DNA from: Mobula hypostoma
Taxonomy: Eukaryota
DNA: 64,000 bases
Direction of reading: 5' to 3'
Assembly: GCF_963921235.1 (NCBI RefSeq)
Contig: NC_086097.1
Span: 104,968,001 to 105,032,000 of the forward strand
Under the pieces are notes generated by a model. That model ran no database searches. It was given only the letters and a program-made list of their open reading frames with translations, and was not told the origin of the DNA. This document shows positions 1 through 12,668 of this stretch, piece by piece (positions within the stretch are counted from its first letter, which is position 1; every line of letters starts with the position of its first letter). The position numbers and the translations under genes were made by a program.

Positions 1-1188
1 TATTCCCACTCTTTGCTTCCTGTCTGCCAAACAATTCTCTATCCACATCAATACCTTACCCCCAATACCGTGTGCTTTAAGTTTGCACACTAATCTTCTG
101 TGTGGGACCTTGTCAAAAGCCTTTTGAAAATCCAAATATACCACATCCACTGGTTCTCCCCTATCCACTCCGCTAGTTACATCCTCAAAAAATTCTATGA
201 GATTTGTCAGACATGATTTTCCTTTCACAAATCCATGCTGACTTTGTCCGATGATTTCACCGCTTTCCAAATGTGCTGTTATCACATCTTTGATAACTGA
301 CTCTAGCAGTTTCCCCACCACCGATGTTAGGCTAACCAGTCTATAATTCCCCAGTTTCTCTCTCCCTTTTTTAAAAAGCGGGGTTACATTAGCCACCCTC
401 CAATCCTCAGGAACTAGTCCAGAATCTAAAAAGTTTTGAAAAATTATCACTAATGCATCCACTATTTCTTGGGCTACTTCCTTAAGCACTCTGGGACGCA
501 GACCATCTGGCCCTGGGGATTTATCTGCCTTTAATCCCTTCAATTTACCTAACACCACTTCCCTACTAACATGTATTTCCCTCAGTTCCTCCATCTCACT
601 GGACCCTCTGTCCCCTACTATTTCCAGAAGATTATTTATGTCCTCCTTAGTGAAGACAGAACCAAAGTAATTATTCAATTGGTCTGCCATGTCCTTGCTC
701 CCCATAATCAATTCACCTGTTTCTGTCTGTAGGGGACCTACATTTGTCTTAACCAATCTTTTTCTTTTCACATATCTATAAAAGCTTTTACAGTCAGTTT
801 TTATGCTCCCTGCCAGTTTTCTCTCATAATCTTTTTCCTCCTTCCTAATTAAGCCCTTTGTCCTCCTCTGCTGAACTCTGAATTTCTCCCAGTCCTCAGG
901 TGAGCCACTTTTTCTGGCTAATTTGTATGCTTCTTTGGAATTGATACTATCCCTAATTTCCCTTGTCAGCCATGGGTGCACTACCTTCCTTGATTTATTC
1001 TTTTGCCAAAGTGGGATGAACAATTGTTGTAGTTCATCCATGCGATCTTTAAATGCTTGCCATTGCATATCCACCGTCAACTCTTGAAGTGTCATTTGCC
1101 AGTCTATCTTAGCTAAGTCACGTCTCATACCTTCAAAGTTACCCTTCTTTAAGTTCAGAACCTTTGTTTCTGAATTAACTATGTCACT
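1..1188 (-). mobile_element. CR1 LINE ORF2 fragment (EN-RT linker and RT N-terminus), runs off the window edge
   Basis: Near-identical to 10545-11735, which encodes DKSPGPDGLHPRVLKEVA...NYRPV...YLDFQKAFDKVPH. It ends abruptly at ...gaattaactatgtcact. Confidence 0.92.
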
Positions 1189-1260
1189 GGCCTGCTGAGT
1201 TCCTCCAGCATTTTGTGTGTGTTACTTGGATTTCCAGCATCTGCAGATTTTCTCTTGTTT
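1187..1260 (+). mobile_element. Short fragment of Penelope-type terminal repeat
   Basis: tggcctgctgagttcctccagc...tttccagcatctgcagattttctcttgttt is the reverse complement of the family seen at 2136-2215 (aaacacgaggaaatctgcagatgctgga...cagcaggcca). Confidence 0.65.
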
Positions 1261-2135
1261 GTAATTCTTTGGAGTTCCGATGGTGGTGTCTGTATCTGGA
1301 GACTTGTTTGTAAGCTGCAGATCTTCAGGCGGAGCTTCAGAAGTGGGAGTTTCCTAGTGGTGTAATTAGCATCACTAGCAGGTCCACCCACTTGAAGTCG
1401 CAGCTGTGGCTGTTGTTTGTTCTGAGCTCTGTACAGTGCACTTCAATTACTGTGTTGTTCTTTTTCTTGTTCAACTTAATGCAGATTTGTTCTTTAGACT
1501 TTTTATTGTTTTGTGTTTCTTTTGATTAGAAAAAATCTGTACTCACCCCATTAACTTTCACTCACTCATACATTCGTTCAAACTGACCACATGGTTATAT
1601 CTAAATCAGTAGCAGCCATTTTCTGGACCTAATGCATGCCTTCTTATTCTTAATAAACTTAACACTTGGTATTTTTCATCCGGTCTTCATTGATTTTTAT
1701 TAACTGGACCAGATTTACCAGATTTTTATTCTAGTACAAGCTCTTAGTAGGTTTCACAACTTTAGCCATTATTTTGATTTGATCTTAATTTATACATAGT
1801 TTTTATGACTTTGACTGCAATCTCAAAATATTAATAGATTGATCCAGGTACCAAATAGATCATGCAACCAATATGTTTACAGATTTAAAAAAATAAGCAA
1901 TGGGGCAGTTCTCAATCCTGATTTCCATCCAGTATTCAAAGACATGTCCCTTTTTTCTCTCAGCCAACAGAGGAACAGAAGTTGACTTGCCCCTTTTGCG
2001 GTGCACTAAAAATTCCACATTCTTCTTTGAGTTCTAAACTCCATAATATCCTGCTGACTACACCACTTGTTGGATTTTGGTTTTTTTGATCCAAGATTCT
2101 CTTAGAAGTCAGCAAAGGGGCACAAAACTACTTGG

Positions 2136-2295
2136 AAACACGAGGAAATCTGCAGATGCTGGAATTTCAAGCAGCACACGTACAAGTTGCTGATGAACGC
2201 AGCAGGCCAGGCAGCATCTCTAGGAATAGGTACAGTCGACATTTCGGGCCGAGACCCTTCATCAGGACTAACTGAAAGAAGAGCTAGTAAGAGAC
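2136..2295 (-). mobile_element. Penelope-like element terminal repeat (pLTR) fragment
   Basis: Contains CTGATGAAGGGTCTCGGCCCGAAATGTCGAC on the minus strand followed by GATGCTGCCTGGCCTGCTG...CCAGCATCTGCAGA. This layout is recognised from abundant elasmobranch Penelope-type repeats, and minimal hammerheads are a known PLE terminal-repeat feature. Confidence 0.7.
2233..2270 (-). ncRNA. Minimal type I hammerhead ribozyme motif
   Basis: Minus strand reads UAGUC-CUGAUGA-A-GGGU(CUCG)GCCC-GAAA-UG-UC-GACUG. Stem I is UAGUC/GACUG, the CUGANGA and GAAA boxes are present, stem II has 4 bp, the cleavage triplet is GUC, and stem III is vestigial. Confidence 0.7.
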
Positions 2296-2729
2296 GTGAA
2301 GAGATTTGCTTCACAATTGTTTTATTAAGAGTTGATAGAACAAAGAAAGCAGGAGCAGAACACTTAAGAGGTCCATTAGCTGGAGAGAGAAAACCTAAGA
2401 TTAAAGATAGCGCCTAGCAGAGAATAGCTACTTCTATAGCACAGAGATAAGGAAAATTCCATTCAAATCTATAGATAAGAGTTAACCAATTAGCATTTAT
2501 TCACTACTGTACTACCAAGTTAACCAAAGAGAAATTACTTATTCAAGTAATGCAGAACAAAATTTCCAGAGCTTTCCAGAATTATACATCATATAGCCAA
2601 GAGAGGCATAGTAAACTGTTATGGGCATATAAGAACTATTAAAATACAAGAAAATAGCAATTAAGCAGTCTAATTTAAGAACTAAAGTAGCCTGATTTCA
2701 TCTTTAATAAATGATTAAAAAATTTAATG

Positions 2730-4028
2730 ATGGTAGGTTAGTGGATGTGATATATGTGGATTTTAGTAAAACAAGGTAAGCTCATTCAGAAAATCAGGAG
2801 GCATGGGATCTATGGGAACTTGGCTTTGTATATTCAGAATTAGCTTCCCCGCAGAAGGTGTTAGAAGATGAGAATATTCTGCCTGGAAATGGGTGACCAG
2901 TGGTGTTATGCTGGGATCTGTTCGAGGAGCCCTGCTCTGTTCAGGTGGACTGCTGGAGATCCGAGACTTTGCCAGAAGTCTGAGAAAAATGAGGAAAGGG
3001 AATAGTACCCCTGTGGCTATTCCCCTCAATAACAAGTATACCACTTTAAATACTATTGGGGAGTGTCAGAATGATCAGCCAGAGGGAAAACCACAGCAAC
3101 CAGGTCTCTGAGCCTGGCTGAGTAGTTCAGAAGCGAAGGAGGGAGGGGAAGAAGAGGTGAGCAGTGGTGGGAGGGGATTCCGTAGTTAGGGAAGCAGAAG
3201 AGATTCTGTGGATGTGAAAGAAACTCCTAGATTGTCTGTTGCCTCCCACAGATTGGGCCCACAGTTTTCTAAAAGGGGAGAGTGAGCAGCCAGAAGCTGG
3301 AGTGGCATAGGTAGGAGCTCCTGAAGAAAGAATATGGGCAACAAGGTAGAAATCTGAAAAGCAAGACCTCAACGGCAGTAATCTCTGTGCCATGCACCAA
3401 TAAGGGTAAGAATAGGATGATTTGGCAGATGAATGAATGTGCAGTTGAGGAATTGGTGCAGAGGCAGGGTTTTAGATTTTGTGGATCATTGGGATCTCTT
3501 TTGGAGAAGGTATGACCAGTACAAAAATGACAGGTTATACTTAACTTGAGGGGTCTAATATCCTTGTAGGCATGCTTGCTAGGGCTGTTGGGTAGGGTTT
3601 AAACTAGTTCGGCAGGGGTATGGGACCAAGAGTGATAGGGCAAAAGAAGTTGATGTTCGGATAGATACACCGTGTCTAGAGACTTGGGAAGAATAGGCAG
3701 TTAATAAGGCAGAGTGGTAGTTTGTAGGTTTAAAGTGTCTATTGTTTCAAAAGGAATAGGGGGCAAAAGAGGTGGGGAGTGGCAATGCTAATCAGCGACA
3801 ATATCACAGCTGCAGAAAGGGATGTCCAGAGGCAGCAACTACAGAAGGAGTGAGTGCTAGTCAGAAACAGGGAGCAATCACTCTTGGAATTTTCCATTGA
3901 TCCCAAATGGCATTAAAGAAACTGGGGAACAGATCGGGAGGCAGATTTTGGAAAGATGCAAAATAATAGGGTTGCTGTCATAGGTACTTCCCCAAATATT
4001 GATTGGCACCTCTTTAGTGCAAAAGGTT
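2730..4028 (+). mobile_element. Old, heavily degraded CR1 pieces: RT fragment, then ORF1 esterase and start of ORF2 endonuclease (continues at 7202-7260)
   Basis: gtggatgtgatatatgtggatttt (VDVIYVDF). GDS motif in gcagtggtgggaggggattccgtagttagg. DHWDLFW..YD.YK.DRL. G..PNIDW at ~3985-4006, resuming as tttgttaggtctgtccaggatggattcctaacacaatatgtggac after 7212. Confidence 0.75.
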
Positions 4029-7000
4029 GGGATCTCTTCTGGGGAAAATATGACCTGTTCAAAAAGGACAGGTTACACCTGAACCCGAAGGGGACCAATA
4101 TCCTGGCGGGAAAGTTTAATAGAGCTGTTCGGGAGGGTTTAAACTAATTTGGCAGGGGGATGGGAACCAGAATGATAGAGCAGAGGAAGGGGATAACAGA
4201 AATAAATCTAAGATACTGAGCAGTAAAGATGTCAGGAAAGACAGGCAGGTGATGCGGTAAATGTGTAGCCATTGGGATGAATTGAAGTGCAATAAAGTTG
4301 CAGTGAAATCAAAGCAAAAAGTATCAAATACTGGTCTTAAGGTGTTGTACTTAAATGCACGCAGCATAAGGAATAAGGTGGATGATCTTGTTGTACAGCT
4401 ACAGATTGGCAGGTATGATATTGTGGCCATCACTGAGACCTGGCTAAAGGATGCATGTCTCTGGGAGCTGAACGTCCAAGGATACACGGTGTATCGGAAG
4501 GATAGGAAGGTAGGCAGAGGGGGAGGCGTGGCTTTATTGGTAAGAAATGATATTAAATCGTTAGAAAGAGGTGATATAGGATCGGAAGGTGCAGAATCTT
4601 TATGGGTTGAGCTAAGGAATAGCAGGGGTAAAAAGACCCTGATGGCAGTTATTTATAGGCCTCCAAACAGCTGCAGGGATGTGGACTACAAATTACAACT
4701 GGAAATAGAAAAGGCTTGTCAGAAGGGCAGTGTTATGATAATTGTGGGGGATTTTAACATGCGAGTAGATTGGAAAAATCAGGTCGGCACTGGATCTCAA
4801 GACAGAGAATTTGTAGAATGTCTGCGAGATGGCTTTTTAGAACAGCTTGTTGTTGAGCCCACTAGGGGATCGGCTGTACTGGATTGGGTATTGTGTAATG
4901 AACCGGAGGTGATTGGAGAGATTGAGGTGAAGGAACCCTTAGGAGGCAGTGATCATAACATGATTGAGTTCACTGTGAAATTAGAAAAAGAGAAGCCGAA
5001 ATCTGATATGTCAGTGTTTCAGTGAAGTAAAGGAAATTACAGTGGCATGAGAGAAGAACTGGCCAAAGTTGACTGGAAAGAGATACTGGAGGGAAAGACG
5101 GCAGAGCAGCAGTGGCTGGAGTTTATGCGAAAAATGAGGAATGTGCAAGACAGGTATATTCCAAAAAAGAAGAAATTTTCGAGTGGAAAAAGGATGCAAC
5201 CGTGGTTGACAAGAGAAGTCAAAGCCAAAGTTAAAGCAAAGGAGAGGGCATACAAGGAAGCAAAAATTAGTGGGAAGACAGAGGATTGGGAAGTTTTTAA
5301 AACCTTACAAAAGGAAACCAAGAAGGTCATTAAGAGAGAAAAGATTAACTATGAAAGGAAACTAGCAAATAATATCAAAGAGGATACTAAAAGCTTTTTC
5401 AAGTATATAAAGAGTAAAAGACAGGTGAGAGTAGATATAGGACCGATAGAAAATGATACTGGAGAAATTGTAATGGGAGATGAGGAGATGGCAGAGGAAC
5501 TGAACAAGTATTTTGCATCAGTCTTCACTGAAGAAGACAGCAGGATACCGGACACTCAAGGGTGGCAGGGAAGAGAAGTGTGCGCAGTCACAATTACGAC
5601 AGAGAAAGTACTCAGGAAGCTGAATAGGCTAAAGGTCAATAAATCTCCTGGACCCGATGGAATGCACCCTCGTGTTCTGAAGGAAGTAGCTGTGGAGATT
5701 GCGGAGGCATTAGCGATGATCTTTCAAAAGTCAATAGATTCTGGCATGGTTCCAGAAGACTGGAAGATTGCAAATGTCACTCCGCTATTTAAGAAGGGGG
5801 CAAGGAAGCAAAAAGGAAATTATAGACCTGTTAGCTTGACGTCGGTGGTTGGGAAGTTGTTGGAGACGATTGTCAAGGATGAGGTTACAGAGTACCTGGA
5901 GGCTATAACAAGATGGGCAGAACTCAGCATGGATTCCTTAAAGGAAAGTCCTGCCTGACAAACCTATTACAATTTTTTGAGGAAATTACCAGTAGGCTAG
6001 ACAAGGGAGATGCAGTGGATGTTGTATATTTGGATTTTCAGAAGGCGTTTGACAAGGTGCCACACATGAGGCTACTTAACAAGATAAGAGCCCATGGAAT
6101 TACGGGAAAGTTACATACGTGGATAGAGCGTTGGCTGATTGGCAGGAAACAGAGAGTGGGATTAAAGGGATCCTATTCTGGTTGGCTGCCGGTTACCAGT
6201 GGTGTTCCACAGGGATCTGTGTTGGGGCCGCTTCTTTTTACATTGTACATCAACGATCTGGATTATCGAATAGATGGCTTTGTGGCTAAGTTTGCCGACG
6301 ATACGAAGATAGGTGGAGGGGCCGGTAGTGCTGAGGAAACAGAGAGTCTGCAGAGAGACTTGGATAGATTGGAAGAATGGGCAGAGAAGTGGCAAATGAA
6401 GTACAATGTTGGAAAGTGTATGGTTATGCACTTTGGCAGAAAAAATAAACGGGCAGACTATTATTTAAATGATGAAAGAATTCAAAGTTCTGAGATGCAA
6501 CGGGACTTGGGAGTCCTCATACAGGATTCCCTTAAAGTTAACCTCCAGGTTGAGTCAGTAGTGAAGAAGGCGAATGCAATGTTGGCATTCATTTCTAGAG
6601 GAATAGAGTATAGGAGCAGGGATGTGATGTTGTGGCTCTATAAGGCGCTGGAGAGACCTCACTTGGAGTACTGTGGGCAGTTTTGGTCTCCTTATTTAAG
6701 AAAGGATGTGCTGACGTTGGAGAGGGTACAGAGAAGATTCACGAGAATGATTCTGGGAATGAGAGGGTTAACATATGAGGAAAGTGTGTCTGCTCTTGGA
6801 CTGTATTCCTTGGAGTTTAGAAGAATGAGGGGAGACCTCATAGAAACATTTCAAATGTTAAAAGGCATGGACAGAGTGGATGTGGCAAAGTTGTTTCCCA
6901 TGATGGGGGAGTCTAGTACGAGAGGGCATGACTTCAGGATTGAAGGGCGCCCTTTCAGAACAGAAATGCGAAGAAATTTTTTTAGTTAGAGGGTGGTGAA

Positions 7001-7200
7001 TCTATGGAATTTGTTGCCACGGGCAGCAGTGGAGGCCAAGTCATTGGGTGTATTTAAGGCAGAGATTGATAGGTATCTGAGTAGCCAGGGCATCAAAGGT
7101 TATGGTGAGAAGGCGGGGCAGTGGGACTAAATAGGATCAAACGGATCAGCTCATGATAAAATGGCCTACTTCTGCTCCTTTGTCTTATGGTCTTATGGTT
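4029..7200 (+). mobile_element. CR1 LINE, 5'-truncated in ORF1; near-complete but disabled ORF2 (APE endonuclease + RT) and 3' tail
   Basis: ORF1 end DRLHLNPKGTNILAG. EN motifs YLNARSI, ITETW, YRPP, GDFN, SDH. RT motifs GVPQGSVLGP, FADD. Lesions: TGA at 5023-5025, a frameshift near 5905, TAG at 6987-6989. Tail ttatggtcttatggtt. Confidence 0.96.
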
Positions 7201-7260
7201 ATTAGTGCAAAATTTGTTAGGTCTGTCCAGGATGGATTCCTAACACAATATGTGGACGAG

Positions 7261-9060
7261 TGTACCCCATGTGCTTCACACCCCATCTACCACATATCCC
7301 CTCTGACTCTACACTCACATACCATTTTAATCCACTCTTCTTAAAATGCCTAATATGTCCTCAGGCCCCACACTTGCCTCCAGCACCCACCTCCCATACT
7401 TACTCCACGTGTCACATTTAACTCACCCACTTTACTTAGCCTCAGGTTCAACCCCATAAGCAATGTTTACCTTGTTCCATACCCATCTCTGTACCCCACA
7501 TACTTCACACCTCACATTTAACCTACACTCCCTCATGCTCCTCTCCCACCCTATATTTAGCACATACTCCACACCCCATGACACCACACATTTACTCAAT
7601 GCCCCACATTACCCCACACCAATTTCATTCATCCCACATGTCCTCATAGCCACATTTACCCACACACTTCACACCCCATAATTACTACATAATCTACATT
7701 TATTCTGCACCCCATAATACTCACAGCTCCAAACTTACTCCCAACCCCACAAATGCTGCACACTCAGATTTACCCCAAATCCCCATTTTCCCACACACCT
7801 TAACATTAGACCCCACATGCTCCACCTACCTCATTTGCCCCCATACCCCACATTTACCCTACTCACATCTCACTGCACACAACTCACATCACATACCGGT
7901 ACCTCACATTAATCCTACACTTCCACTTATCCATACTCCCTCATACCCCACACCTGCACTTACTCCTGGTACATACCCCGTAACTGGGTTGCTAAACCAG
8001 CAGAAATGGACCACTTAGTTGGAGTTTGGATTACCGGAACTAAGAAAGTTTTATTAAAGAAATAAGCAACACAGTACTCTAATAGTAAGGATATAAATGC
8101 AACAGGTTAGCAATGAATAAACACACACATACACGGAACTACGATAATAGGATCAATCAAGCTCTATCGCAGTCTAGGGGTAAATGATTAGTTTCAAGTG
8201 ACGCAAAGCTCAGTTCAATTTAGTTCAGTTCAGTTCGCAGTAATCGCTGTTGTGCCATTGGGGCGGGGAGAAGAGAGAGAGCAAAAGCGAATGAATATTC
8301 AAAACGGATTCCAAACAGACCTTCGATATTCCTCGCAGTTAGCTTTCGGGCGAGCCCTTTGTAATGTCTTATGAGGTCACCGACTGTGACCCCTCCATTC
8401 CAGATACGATCGTTCTTCTGCGGTGAACCCGGCACCCAGGCAAGGGTGGACACACACACCGGGTTCCCGCCCGACCGTATCTTTCCACCCTGTGCATCTA
8501 TGGCTGGTCCCGCAACCAGACCTCCAAAACTCCACCAACTTGTGGGGGCACACCGCTTCCAGGTTCTCGTTACCTCGTGGTGTCGTGTGTCTGTTGCCTT
8601 AGCGAACCTGTCCCTTTTTATCCCCCTGCTGGGGTATCGCCTGTCCATCAAACTTCAAACAGTTCAGGGTTCAAAGCCACCGGTCTCTGACAATACTCGG
8701 AACTGTGTCTCCTTTTCATTAATCCCTCTCGTCTCTCATTAACATCTCTGAATGTTCCCCCATTGTCCTCTTATCGGCATCAATCTTCTGATAATTTGGT
8801 CTGTCGTCACACTCCAGACACCATAACACTCCACACCCTTGTACCCTATACAGCCCATGCACAGCCCACATCTGAAACCCCTTCTCTTCCCTTGCATCCC
8901 AAAATGTCCCCTCACCCCACAATTATTCACCATGTTCACACCACATATGACACAAAATCCCAGACTTAGCTCACACCCCATGCACCTCCACACTTAAAAC
9001 AATACACCCAGCACTTGCACCCACAACCCTTGCACCCCATACTGGGCTCAACAACTCACT
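7261..9060. repeat. C/A-rich low-complexity tract (recurrent cacattta/cacccc motifs), split by a solo LTR
   Basis: Strong C>>G skew with repeated cacatttac/cacccca words at 7261-7966 and 8812-9060. Confidence 0.7.
7967..8811 (-). mobile_element. Solo LTR (Gypsy-like, ~845 bp) with 4-bp TSD
   Basis: TG...CA termini (TGGTAC...GTCACA). CTCC is duplicated at 7963-7966 and 8812-8815. On the minus strand there is a TATA-like GATAAAAAG near 8614-8622 and AATAAA at 8050-8055. Confidence 0.75.
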
Positions 9061-9335
9061 ACTACAGGATATTTGCTGTCTGTTGGGTAGGAAGTCAATC
9101 AATAAGGATAGGCAGCAACATCTCCACTGTGATTACCATTAAAACTGGTACCCCACAAGCCAGAATCCAGTCTCCTACTCTACACCCCATACACCCACGA
9201 CAGCATGGCCAGGTTTTGCTCTAACTCCACCACTCAGTTTACAGATGATATCACCGCAGTGAGCCCTATTTCAAATAACGTTGAGTTGGAGTACAGAAAG
9301 ATGATAGAAAGCTTAATGACAACGTGTCATGACAA
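9060..9335 (+). mobile_element. Degraded Rex1/Babar-like (CR1/L2 group) RT fragment
   Basis: QSIRIGSNISTVITIKTGTPQ and SNSTTQFTDDITAVSPISNN.ELEYRK.IESL..TCHDN resemble the TGAPQG...KFADDTTVVG.ISNNDE.YR RT segment. A matching-type 3' end (...cagtacatgtgatgataattaatc) lies at ~17600-17760. Confidence 0.6.
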
Positions 9336-9499
9336 TGTGGAAGTTATAGCAAGGCAAGACGTAATGTCCAGGCAAAGAAAGGTCTTAGAAGAACATAGCT
9401 TCTCTTTAAATTTTATAAACTAGATGACCATAAACTGCTATACCATACCTTCCCCAACATGGTTTCAACAAAGCCCATACCAAGTGATGCCTCTTGAGT

Positions 9500-12057
9500 A
9501 AACATAGAAAATAGGTGCAGGAGTAGGCTATTCAGCCCTACGAACCTGCACCGCCATTCAGTATGATCATGGCTGATCATCCAACTCAGAACCCTGTACC
9601 TGCCTTCTCTACATACCCCCTGATCCCTTTAGCCACAAGGGCCATATCTAACTCCCTCTTAAATATAGCCAATGAACAGGCCTCAACTGTTTCCTGTGGC
9701 AGAGAATTCCACAGATTCACCACTCTCTGTGTGAAGAAGTTTCTCCTCATCTGGGTACTAAAAGGCTTCCCCTTTATCCTCAAACTGTGATCCCTCGGTC
9801 TGGACTTCCCAAACATTGGGAACAATCTTCCTGCATCTACCCTGTCCAATCCCTTTAGGATTTTATACGTTTCAATAAGATCCCCCCTCAATCTTCTAAA
9901 TTCCAGTGAGCATAAGCCAAGTCGATCCAGTCTTTCCTCATATGAAAGTCCTGCTATCCCAGGAATCAATCTGGTGAACCTTCTTTGTACTCCCTCTATG
10001 GCAAGAATGTCTTTCCTCAGATTAGGGGACCAAAATTGCACACAATACTCCAGGTGTGGTCTCATCAAGGCCTTGTACAACTGCAGTAGTACCTCCCTGC
10101 TCCTGTACTCGAATCCTCTTGCTATGAATGCCAGCATACCATTCGCCTTTTTCACCGCCTGCTGTACCTGCACGCCCCACTTTCAATGACTGGTGTATAA
10201 TGACATCCAGGTCTCGTTGCACCTCCCCTTTTCCTAATCGGCCACCATTCAGATAATAATCTGTTTTCCTGTTCTTGCTACCAAAGTGGATAACCTCACA
10301 TTTATCCACATTAAATTGCATCTGCCATGAATTTGTCCACTCACCTAACCCATCCAAGTCACCCTGCATCCTCTTAGCATCCTCCTCACAGCTAACACTG
10401 CTGCCCAGCTTCGTGTCATCTGCAAACGTGGAGATGCTGCATTTAATTCCATCGTCTAAGTCATTAACATATATTGTAAACCACTGGGGTCCCAGCACTG
10501 AGCCTTGCGGTATCCCACTAGTCACTGCCTGCCAAGGTCCCGTTTATTCCCACTCTTTGCTTCCTGTCTGCCAACCAGTTCTCTATCCACGTCAATACCA
10601 TACCCCCAATACCATGTGCTTTAAGTTTGCACACTAATCTCCTGTGTGGGACCTTGTCAAAAGCCTTTTGAAAATCCAAATATACCACATCCACTGGTTC
10701 TCCCCTATCCACTCTACCAGTTACATCCTCAAAAAATTCTATAAGATTCGTCAGACACAATTTTCCTTTCACAAATCCATGCTGACTTTGTCCGATCATT
10801 TCACCGCTTTCCAAATGTGCTGTTATCACATCTTTGATAACTGACTCTAGCATTTTCCCCACCACTGATGTTAGTCTAACGGGTCTATAATTCCCCGGTT
10901 TCTCTCTCCCTCCTTTTTTAAAAAGTGGGGTTACATTAGCCACCCTCCAATCCTCAGGAACTAGTCCAGAATCTAAAGAGTTTTGAAAAATTATCACTAT
11001 TGCATCCACTATTTCTTGGGCTACTTCCTTAAGCACTCGGGGATGCAGACCATCTGGTCCTGGGGATTTATCTGCCTTTAATCCCTTCAATTTACCTAAC
11101 ACCACTTCCCTACTAACATGTATTTCCCTCAGTTCCTCCATCTCACTAGCCCCTCGGTCCCCTACTATTTCCGGAAGATTATGTATGTCATCCTTAGTGA
11201 AGACAGAACCAAAGTAGTTATTCAATTGGTCTGCCATGTCCTTGTTCCCCATGATCAATTCACCTGTTTCTGACTGTAAGGGACCTACATTTGTCTTAAC
11301 CAATCTTTTTCTTTTCACATATCTATAAAAGCTTTTACAGTCTGTTTTTATGTTCCCTGGCAGTTTTCTCTCATAATCTTTTTTCCCTTTCCTAATTAAG
11401 CCCTTTGTCCTCCTGCTGAACTCTGAATTTCTCCCAGTCCTCAGGTGAGCCACTTTTTCTGGCTAATTTGTATGCTTCTTCTTTGGAATTGATACTATCC
11501 CTAATTTCCCTTGTCAGCCACGGGTGCACTACCTTCCCTGGTTTATTCTTTTGCCAAAGTGGGATGAACAATTGTTGTAGTTCATCCATGCGATCTTTAA
11601 ATGCTTGCCATTGCATATCCACCGTCAACCCTTGAAGTATCATTTGCCAGTCTATCTTAGCTAATTCATGTCTCATACCTTCAAAGTTACCCTTCTTTAA
11701 GTTCAGAACCTTTGTTTCTGAATTAACTATGTCACTCTCCAGCTTAATGAAGAATTCCACCATATTATGGTCACTCTTACCCAAGGGGCCTCTTACGACA
11801 AGATTGCTAATTAACCCTTCCTCATTGCTCAATACCCAGTCTAGAATGGCCTGCTCTCTAGTTGGTTCCTCGACATGTTGGTTCAGAAAACCATCCCGCA
11901 TACATTCCAAGAAATCCTGTTCCTCAGCACCCTTACCAATTTGGTTCACCCAATTTATATGTAGATTGAGGTCACCCATTATAACTGCTGTTCCTTTATT
12001 GCACGCATTTCTAATTTGCTGTTTAATGCCATCCCCAACTTCACTACTACTGTTAGG
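9500..12057 (-). mobile_element. CR1 LINE, 5'-truncated in endonuclease, frameshifted ORF2
   Basis: Minus-strand ORFs with GDLN, SDHN, YLDFQKAFDKVPH, GIPQGSVLGP, FADD and RRNFFTQRVVNLWN. Frameshifts near 11410, 10533 and 10173. The 3' end is at ~9500 (ttctatgttt). Confidence 0.95.
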
Positions 12058-12229
12058 TAGTACTTAGTGAGGCTGCCACATGTGAAGGTTCCCAAGGGAG
12101 ATAGGAGATGGCGGAGTGCAGAGGGGACGAGCAAAATATTGTTTTAAATGCACTGTAGATTGCCATAAAATGCAGTGTCATACAAAAGACAATGCTGTTA
12201 ATCATATGTAGGGCAAATGCAAAAATATG

Positions 12230-12668
12230 TTTGGCAGCTTTGGGCCTGCACTCACTGGAATTTAGAAGAATGCGGTGGGGGGGGGGTGTAGGGGGAGATC
12301 TCATTGAAACCTCCCAAATGGTGAAAGGACTTGATAAGGTGGATGTGGAGCAGATACGTCCTGTGATGGGGGTATCCAGAACTAGAGGGTACTGCCTCAA
12401 AATTGAGGGATGACCTTTTACAACAGAGGTAAGGAGGAATTTTTTTAGCCAGAGAGTAGTGAAGCTGTGGAATGCTCTGCCAGGGACTACAGTGGAGGCT
12501 AAGTGTGTGGGTATATTTAAAATGGAAGTTGATAGTTTCCTGATTGGTCAGGGCATCAAAGGATATGGCGAGAAGACAGGTGTAAAGGGTTGAATGCGAT
12601 CCGGGATCAGCCATCATGGAATGGCAGAGGAGACTCGATGGGCTGAATGGCCTAATACTACTCCTATC
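12230..12668 (+). mobile_element. CR1 LINE 3' fragment
   Basis: ALGLHSLEFRRMR..GDLIET...FFSQRVVKLWNALP followed by a CR1 3' UTR (gactcgatgggctgaatggcctaat). Confidence 0.88.

Noticed and set aside
1500..2720. Possible ancient L1-like remnant, and a minus-strand donor GGG|GTGAGT at ~1546
   Set aside because: There are only faint motif echoes with no readable frame, and no matching acceptor or ORF for an exon.
8220..8993. ORFs of 67-143 aa over the solo LTR and C-rich tract
   Set aside because: No recognisable domains, and they lie in non-coding LTR or low-complexity sequence.
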